From positions 1-12,810 of the forward strand of contig JBMFKU010000032.1 in NCBI GenBank assembly GCA_049971805.1: 12,810 bases of DNA. Reading direction: 5' to 3'. Shown piece by piece: positions 7,777-12,810 of this stretch. Made by a program: the position numbers and the translations under genes. Numbering within the stretch: position 1 is the first letter of the stretch; each line of letters begins with the position of its first letter. The stretch comes from Caldisphaera sp. Lineage in GTDB: Archaea; Thermoproteota; Thermoprotei_A; Sulfolobales; Acidilobaceae. The notes below the pieces were generated by a model. The model was not told the origin of the DNA. It saw only the letters and a list, made by a program, of their open reading frames with translations, and ran no database searches.

Positions 7777-8220
7777 TTATTTTATTTTATATTCTAATAT
7801 ATAACTAATACCTTCTATAATAAATATTCCTATTAAAACAGGTTTTATAATATACGTGAACTTTACATGATCAAGAACACCAATAAATGTAATTAGTAAA
7901 GAAGGTGGGTGTTCTATATTTAAAACTAATTCTATTAAATAGCAAACAAACGATGCTATTGTTGCGTAGAAAATTCCATAAACAAATAATGAAAAAATTA
8001 CTGCAACAATGCCTGCAAATAAATATGAAAAAACTATTGTGGTTTGCTTATTGATTTTCCAATCCTTATCAGCATATTTTGTTGATGCAGTTGCTAAAAA
8101 GGGTGGAAGAATATATTCTTCATGAAGAAGTACCTATATTAACAATAAAATGGATATAGATGTAATTAATTCCATTAAAGAAACAAACTTAATTTTACTG
8201 AAATTAAAATATAGTTTCAT
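7777..8220 (-). pseudogene. HPP-family membrane protein interrupted by one in-frame TAG (8134-8136)
   Basis: From the ATG at 8220 (GGGGTG RBS): MKLYFNFSKIKFVSLMELITSISILLLI*VLLHEEYILPPFLATASTKY...LVLNIEHPPSLLITFIGV...IKPVLIG...KIK, stop at 7777-7779. The PPF and HPP motifs are in the same frame after the stop. Confidence 0.85.
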
Positions 8221-8330
8221 TAAACACCCCTTATTTATCTTTGTCTTATTAAATATTAAAGTTATGTAGGTTGCTTTTTCTTTAGTATATTTAATAAAAA
8301 CATTGAGAGTAATAAATAGACGTTGCATGA

Positions 8331-8768
8331 TTATATAAACCCTTCTTTTTCCAACCTGCTTTGTATTTTTTTAGCTACAATTTTTCCCCTATTAGCAACA
8401 TCATCTATATCCATAGACCTTTCATGGAATCCCCATACATGGAGCTTATCTGCTATGTCAAATATGTCTGTTAAACCCAATTCATAAGAGGCCTTATCTA
8501 AAAGTCTTCTAGTCCATTTTCCCTTAAGCTTTGCTTCTCTTGCCTCTAGAAGGTCATAAGATTCAGCTAATAGTTTTACAAACTCTTCTGCAGCCTTATA
8601 TATCTTCTCGGAGGCCTGAACAGGATCACGTTTTTCTATATATTCTTCAAACTCTTCTAGCCTCTTATTAATCTCTTGGACGTATATTCCTTTTAATGCT
8701 TCTTTTACGTCTTCTTTCCTCTTAAATTCAATTGCCACCTTTCTCACCATTCTTGATTTATCTTTCAA
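8331..8768 (-). CDS. PaREP1-family protein (HEPN-related crenarchaeal repeat-family protein)
   Basis: DPVQASEKIYKAAEEFVKLLA, GKWTRRLL and LHVWGFHE are characteristic PaREP1 motifs. Confidence 0.9.
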   Translation of the reverse strand: MKDKSRMVRKVAIEFKRKEDVKEALKGIYVQEINKRLEEFEEYIEKRDPVQASEKIYKAAEEFVKLLAESYDLLEAREAKLKGKWTRRLLDKASYELGLTDIFDIADKLHVWGFHERSMDIDDVANRGKIVAKKIQSRLEKEGFI

Positions 8769-8805
8769 AATTAATATATTATTACAAGGTCTACCCCTTA
8801 CTTTT

Positions 8806-8992
8806 CTAGGACGTGAGCCCCATCCTGGGGCTATGGGAGGTGGCGCGGAGCACCAGGTAGCCCTGGGTCATTATAGTATTGTTTGAGTAGGCATATACCT
8901 GGACCTGATGAGCCAGGATCTGGGCTCTAGCTATTACTGACTGGAAAGCTATTAGGTCCAGTGTAGATTATTATTGGCAAGAAGCCTCCCAT
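8806..8992 (-). pseudogene. Possible frameshifted 5' fragment of a secreted protein gene
   Basis: Removing one base gives MGGFLPIIIYTGLIAFQSVIARAQILAHQVQVYAYSNNTIMTQGYLV, which looks like a signal peptide with an A-x-A site. No family is recognised. Confidence 0.25.
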
Positions 8993-9364
8993 TTCACTTT
9001 TATTAGCAACTTTACAATTTCATAAAGTTTAAAAAGCGATGCAAGCATGCCGAAGCATAAAGTTTCCACTTTCCTCACAAATGACGATGAAGGCCTTGGG
9101 AAGGGAGGAGCTTAAGGAGAAGAGCAAGGGACGACTAAGCCAGAAAAGAGGTCCTAATCCATGATCCTCGTAGTCCTGAGCTTTATGAAAAACCTTGGTA
9201 TGAACGACGTTTATAAAGAAGCTGAGAAGTGCAACTTATAAAGACTCAGAATACGTCTACTAACTGACGAGTCCACTCACTACTTGAGTTCAATAACTTG
9301 AGGACCACGCTCGTCAGGAGGCTTTATCTCTGACGAGGCCCTTTACATAAGAGCGGGTGAGCTG

Positions 9365-9519
9365 TTGTCAGAAGATGTGTTTGAGGCCTGTCGCACCCGA
9401 CCAAAAGGGCTATAATAAGAGCCCTCGGCGATAAAGGGCATATGACGTTTACTGAACTCATGGATGCCGCTGGGGTCAAGGATACAGGTACTATGACGTT
9501 TCACCCGAGGAGACTCTCA
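9365..9519 (+). pseudogene. Frameshifted, truncated ArsR/SmtB-like winged-helix regulator
   Basis: GGTGA at 9356-9360 and TTG at 9365. Restoring one base near 9388 gives MSEDVFEALSHPTKRAIIRALGDKGHMTFTELMDAAGVKDTGTMTFHPRRLS, the classic VFxALSHPxR...TFTEL...FHLxxL wHTH pattern. Confidence 0.8.
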
Positions 9520-9777
9520 CGACTTGCCGCGAGGATAAGGAGTTGGAGGCTGCTACAGCTGGTGACACAAATAGCGTCATTTGCGCTCACCTTCTTAGCT
9601 CCTGTCTACTTCCCGCTCTCGGTAGTATCCAGATACCTACTGCCCCTCGTCATGATGGAGCCAACCACCTACGTAGCTCAGGCGGTTAGACTCTCTCTGA
9701 TGAGAAGCCCTTTCTCCCTAGCTTGGGACCTCACGACACTATTTTATGGGTTAATATTCGGTACTCTACCCATCTGA
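9520..9777 (+). pseudogene. C-terminal fragment of an ABC-2 type exporter permease, fused in frame to the HTH remnant
   Basis: LTFLAPVYFPLSVV...LVMMEPTTYVAQAVRLSL matches the F.APVYFP...P.TY...IR signature of ABC-2 permease C-termini. The N-terminal helices are missing. Confidence 0.75.
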
Positions 9778-9988
9778 TGGGGCCTGAACTAAGCATCCGT
9801 AATCCTGTTGAGGGTCTTAAAAAAGGTGTGAGGTCTATCCTTTCTCTATGATGGCCTAGGATCCCAAGAGCTCACTCAGGCTTCACCACGAGCAACTGAT
9901 AGACAAGCTGCTTCCTCTTAAACCATCTCTTTATCTCAACGCTGTCACTTGGGGTTTCTATTACTATAGCCTGACAATAAAGTGGTAA

Positions 9989-10018
9989 TCCTCGTCCTTC
10001 AGGATGGGGAGAAGGTCA
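9989..10018 (+). mobile_element. IS200/IS605-family right-end hairpin (also the 3' end of a TnpB omegaRNA scaffold)
   Basis: 9-bp stem 9989-9997/10002-10010 with two G-T pairs, a TTCA loop, then GAAGGTCA. Confidence 0.75.
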
Positions 10019-10103
10019 TTATGGAACTTTCTTTACAATTATAATATTATTTTTAAAATTAAAATGCTTAAATAATTTACCTTAGTTATAAATTTAAAAG
10101 AGA

Positions 10104-10119
10104 GAAAAGTTTATAAATA
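10104..10119 (+). promoter_or_regulatory. BRE plus TATA box of the amino-acid permease gene
   Basis: GAAAAG followed by TTTATAAATA, ending 28 nt before the ATG at 10148. GGGTGGT RBS at 10138-10144. Confidence 0.6.
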
Positions 10120-10147
10120 TATAAACATATGTCTTTAGGGTGGTCAC

Positions 10148-11683
10148 ATGGGCTTTAGGAAGGAGTTGGGGTTTTGGCACGTATTATTTTTAACGTTAGG
10201 AGCAATTATTGGTGATGCAGTAGCATTTATTCCCGTTTATGTTTTAGGTTATGATGGTCCAGCAGGTATTTTATCATGGGTTATTGCATTTCTCTTAATT
10301 ATACCTGTTGCTTTAGTTGTTATAGAACTTGGAACTATGTGGCCCAGAGCTGGTGGCGTAGCTTACTACCCAGCTAAAAGCAATGGGCCAGTTGCTGGTT
10401 CAATAAACGGTTGGTCTGCATTTTTAGGATATGCTTTAGTCACTCCAAGTTCTATAATAGCTTTTGTTGAATACCTAGCATATTATTTTCCATCATTATA
10501 TAAATCAGGTTTTCTAACTGTATTGGGTATAGTAATAAGTGCAATAATAGCTTTAATAACGTATTTGATAAACAACAAGCACGTTGGTTTAATAGGTGAC
10601 ATAAACAATTATTTAACAGTTTTAAAAATAGCTATGGTTATGATACCTGTTTTGGCTCTATTTGCCTTCTTTAATGCAAAGAACTTTAATTCACCAATTT
10701 TAGGAGGTTTTATGCCTGTTAACTTAGGCGCAATAGGTTTCTTCACTGCAGTAACATCAACAATTCTGGCATACGCTGGATTTAAGCAGCCTGTTAATTA
10801 TTCAGAAGAGGTTAAAGATCCTGGGAAGTTTATACCTAAAGCAGTTATAGCATCTTTAATAATAACAATGATAATCTATTTGGTTGAAAGCATTGCATTT
10901 TTAGGAGTTGCGGATAAAGTTATCAGTAACCCATCTCAATGGCCTTCATTAATAACTCTACCATATCCATATATAACGGCTTTGACATCAGTTAAAATAC
11001 CTTCAAATCTTCTTTTAATCTTAATATTTCTAATGATAGCAGGAACGATTATTGCCTCATATACAGATGCATTAATTTATTTTGGTGGTGCCTCAAGAGT
11101 TGGTTATTCCCTATCATTTTATGATAGATAATTCCCCAAAGTTTTCTCAAAGCTAAACAAAGAGGGAGTTCCATACATTTCGAACATATTAATATTTGTC
11201 CTATCAATAATTTACCTTCTACTTTTACCATCTTTTGCAACAATATTTACTGTTTTAATAGATGCTTTCATCTTCTCATATGCTCCATTAGCTATAAGCG
11301 TTGCAGTTTTTAGGGCTAGATATCCTGATGAGAAAAGGCCATTTAAAGTTCCAGTATCTAAAATATTATCTCCCATTGCCTTTGTTATTGGAGGTTTACT
11401 AATTTATTGGTCAGGATGGAGCGCTATTTATATAGCTGGCATATCAGTTCTCATAGGTTTGGTATTTCTTGCTTATTATCATAAAAGCATAGGAATAAAG
11501 AAGAGGGATTTCATAGCAGGAGGATGGCTACCTTTATATTTGGTTTCAACAATGATAATTTCATATTTTGGGAGCAGCAATTTAAACAAAATACCATTCC
11601 CATACGATAACATACTATTTATTGTAGTTTCATTAATATTCTATTTCTGGGGTTATGAGGCTGGAAAGAAATTTGAATACTAA
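10148..11683 (+). pseudogene. APC-family amino acid permease interrupted by one in-frame TAA (11129-11131)
   Basis: GAIIG, ELGTMWPRAGGVAYY, AYAGFKQ..YSEEVKDP and ASRVGYSLS motifs. The same frame continues YDR*FPKVFSKLNKEGVP...RARYPDEKRPFKVP through the track ORF 11459-11683 to the stop, 511 codons in total. Confidence 0.92.
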
Positions 11684-11950
11684 AGAAATTTTTATTTTTA
11701 ATTGACAAAATAAAATTAGCCGTAAATTAAAAATATTCAGCATAGATAGTATTTACAAATTTCAAAGATGAAATTAAAATAATACTAAAATTTTTAAAAT
11801 TACAACAATAGATAGTAGTTCATTGGTTATTCCAGGTGTGAAATAGCTAGTTTCTTGCTTTTTCTCAAAGTTATACCTGTACAATTTAATAACGCTCTCT
11901 GAATATGTCCTTCTTCATGAATTATCATAAAGAAAGATCTTAAGCTTGAT

Positions 11951-12406
11951 ATGATTTTGCACAAGGAGAGTATATCGGCATTGAACTTCATGTCTTTAGC
12001 TTACATAATATTTGCTTTGTTCTTGTTTCCTCTTATATTTTCAATAGCTCTCTACCATATAAGTGATGGTTTTTATAGCCTTTATGATAGGTTAAATTAT
12101 AAAGGTTTTAAGAAAGTTAGTAAGGGTCTTTGGTTTATAGGATTCCTAGCTATGTATTTTTTGTTTATAGAAAGCGGTACAGCATCCATCATAGCATATC
12201 AGACTATGCATGCTAAGACCAATACTACAATATTACAAAGTATTTCTGTGTTACAAGCTGCTTCAAATCAAACTAGTCTGTCTTATGGCAATCCCATTGG
12301 CACATACATTGTATTAATACCCATTTATGTAGCTTTCCTAATAGCTTTGATGTCTCTTATTTATATGCTAATGGGTTTCAGGTTTTTAAAGAAGTGGCCT
12401 TCGTGA
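11951..12406 (+). CDS. Hypothetical membrane protein with about 3 TM segments, possibly truncated
   Basis: 151-aa ORF with three hydrophobic stretches and a Ser/Thr/Asn-rich loop. No family is confidently recognised. Confidence 0.55.
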   Translation: MILHKESISALNFMSLAYIIFALFLFPLIFSIALYHISDGFYSLYDRLNYKGFKKVSKGLWFIGFLAMYFLFIESGTASIIAYQTMHAKTNTTILQSISVLQAASNQTSLSYGNPIGTYIVLIPIYVAFLIALMSLIYMLMGFRFLKKWPS

Positions 12407-12497
12407 TATAGCCTTTATAATTTATTCGTAAATATTGAAAATAATATTTAGATATGTTACTTATTTTTCCTTTAAGTTCTATTGAAAATAAAACCAT

Positions 12498-12624
12498 TAC
12501 TCTTTTTCCCGCAAATATATTTGCATTTAAATATTTCTGCTCCTATTTTAATAAAATATTAATCTTTATTTAAAATCCAAAATCTTTCAATACATTAATG
12601 ATCATTAATTTCAGTTACTTCTCT
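12498..12624 (-). pseudogene. Heavily decayed paralogue of the Mrr-like nuclease domain encoded at 149-277
   Basis: With one frameshift it reads REVTELMIINVLKDFGF*IKINILLK*EQKYLNANIFAGKRV, against RELLESIVANVLSELGFQIDVNAKLLTRIGKYLEVDVWAEKIV. About 17 of 43 residues are identical and TAA sits at the CAA codon. Confidence 0.65.
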
Positions 12625-12724
12625 AAAATATGATAACTCAAATTTTTGTTCAAGCTAAAAATAAAGACAACTAAATAATAAATTATTAATTTAAAAAATA
12701 TAAATAATTATATATTAAATAAAA

Positions 12725-12810
12725 TTATCCTGCTTCCAGATAAGTTGTTAAACCGAAGTATAAGGCAAATAGAATAGCAATTAGTATAATTCCTGGTCTT
12801 ATATCGGAAA
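12725..12810 (-). CDS. 3' end of a membrane transporter gene entering from the right edge, possibly an NCS2/AzgA-type permease
   Basis: SDIRPGIILIAILFALYFGLTTYLEAG* with TAA at 12725-12727, a terminal TM helix. The family guess rests on the ..I.P....IAILF.LYF ending only. Confidence 0.5.
   Translation of the reverse strand, partial: SDIRPGIILIAILFALYFGLTTYLEAG

Larger units (their letters stand above)
8786..10018 (+). mobile_element. Non-autonomous IS200/IS605-type element (no tnpA/tnpB) carrying GC-rich gene fragments
   Basis: GC jumps to about 45-50% right after TTAC (8782-8785) and falls again after 10018. The right end TCCTCGTCC-TTCA-GGATGGGGA-GAAGGTCA is a subterminal hairpin ending in TCA, typical of IS200/IS605 right ends. 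The left end AAGGTCTACCCC...GAGCCCC is degenerate. No target-site duplication is visible. Confidence 0.6.

Noticed and set aside
8106-8129. Overlapping 16-bp and 14-bp palindromes; also 12511-12524 and 12594-12609
   Set aside because: AT-rich and inside coding or pseudogene sequence, so chance is sufficient without further evidence.
8134-8328. 64-aa ORF as an independent gene
   Set aside because: Its last 28 codons are the N-terminus of the HPP pseudogene (ATG 8220 with RBS); the upstream part is probably promoter DNA.
9264-9340. Hammerhead ribozyme (CTGACGA-GTCC...GGAC)
   Set aside because: The required GAAA after stem II is absent (CACG follows). The same holds for the other CTGANGA occurrences in the insert.
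11049-11243. 64-aa minus-strand ORF
   Set aside because: Antisense to the APC permease frame, which continues through this region.
11459-11683. 74-aa ORF as an independent gene
   Set aside because: Same frame as 10148; it is the C-terminus of the interrupted permease.
7777-11683. Stop-codon reassignment or pyrrolysine readthrough
   Set aside because: The two internal stops differ (TAG and TAA), and TAA terminates the intact genes in the window normally.

Overview
AT-rich DNA (roughly 25-30% GC by eye) from a thermoacidophilic crenarchaeon, Sulfolobales or Acidilobales-like, inferred from the PaREP1 gene, GGTGA ribosome-binding sites and TATA/BRE promoters. The left ~8.8 kb looks like a decaying defence island. 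It holds a double-HTH plus Mrr-like PD-(D/E)XK nuclease gene (missing from the ORF track, runs off the left edge), two back-to-back gene remnants (one is a Csx1-type HEPN C-terminus), an intact 757-aa NLR-like STAND ATPase with six HEAT-like repeats, a divergent nurA/herA pair without mre11/rad50, an HPP-family pseudogene and a PaREP1 gene. The most unusual feature is that the STAND gene begins with a 104-bp, 93% identical copy of the herA promoter, RBS and first 17 codons, and has no N-terminal effector domain of its own. The right part has a ~1.23-kb GC-rich insert bounded by IS200/IS605-like ends that carries no transposase, only gene debris (an ArsR-type HTH fused to an ABC-2 permease tail). 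It also has an APC amino-acid permease broken by one in-frame stop, an unknown membrane protein, a decayed paralogue of the Mrr-like domain and the 3' end of a permease gene. All family assignments come from motif recognition by eye; no searches were run.
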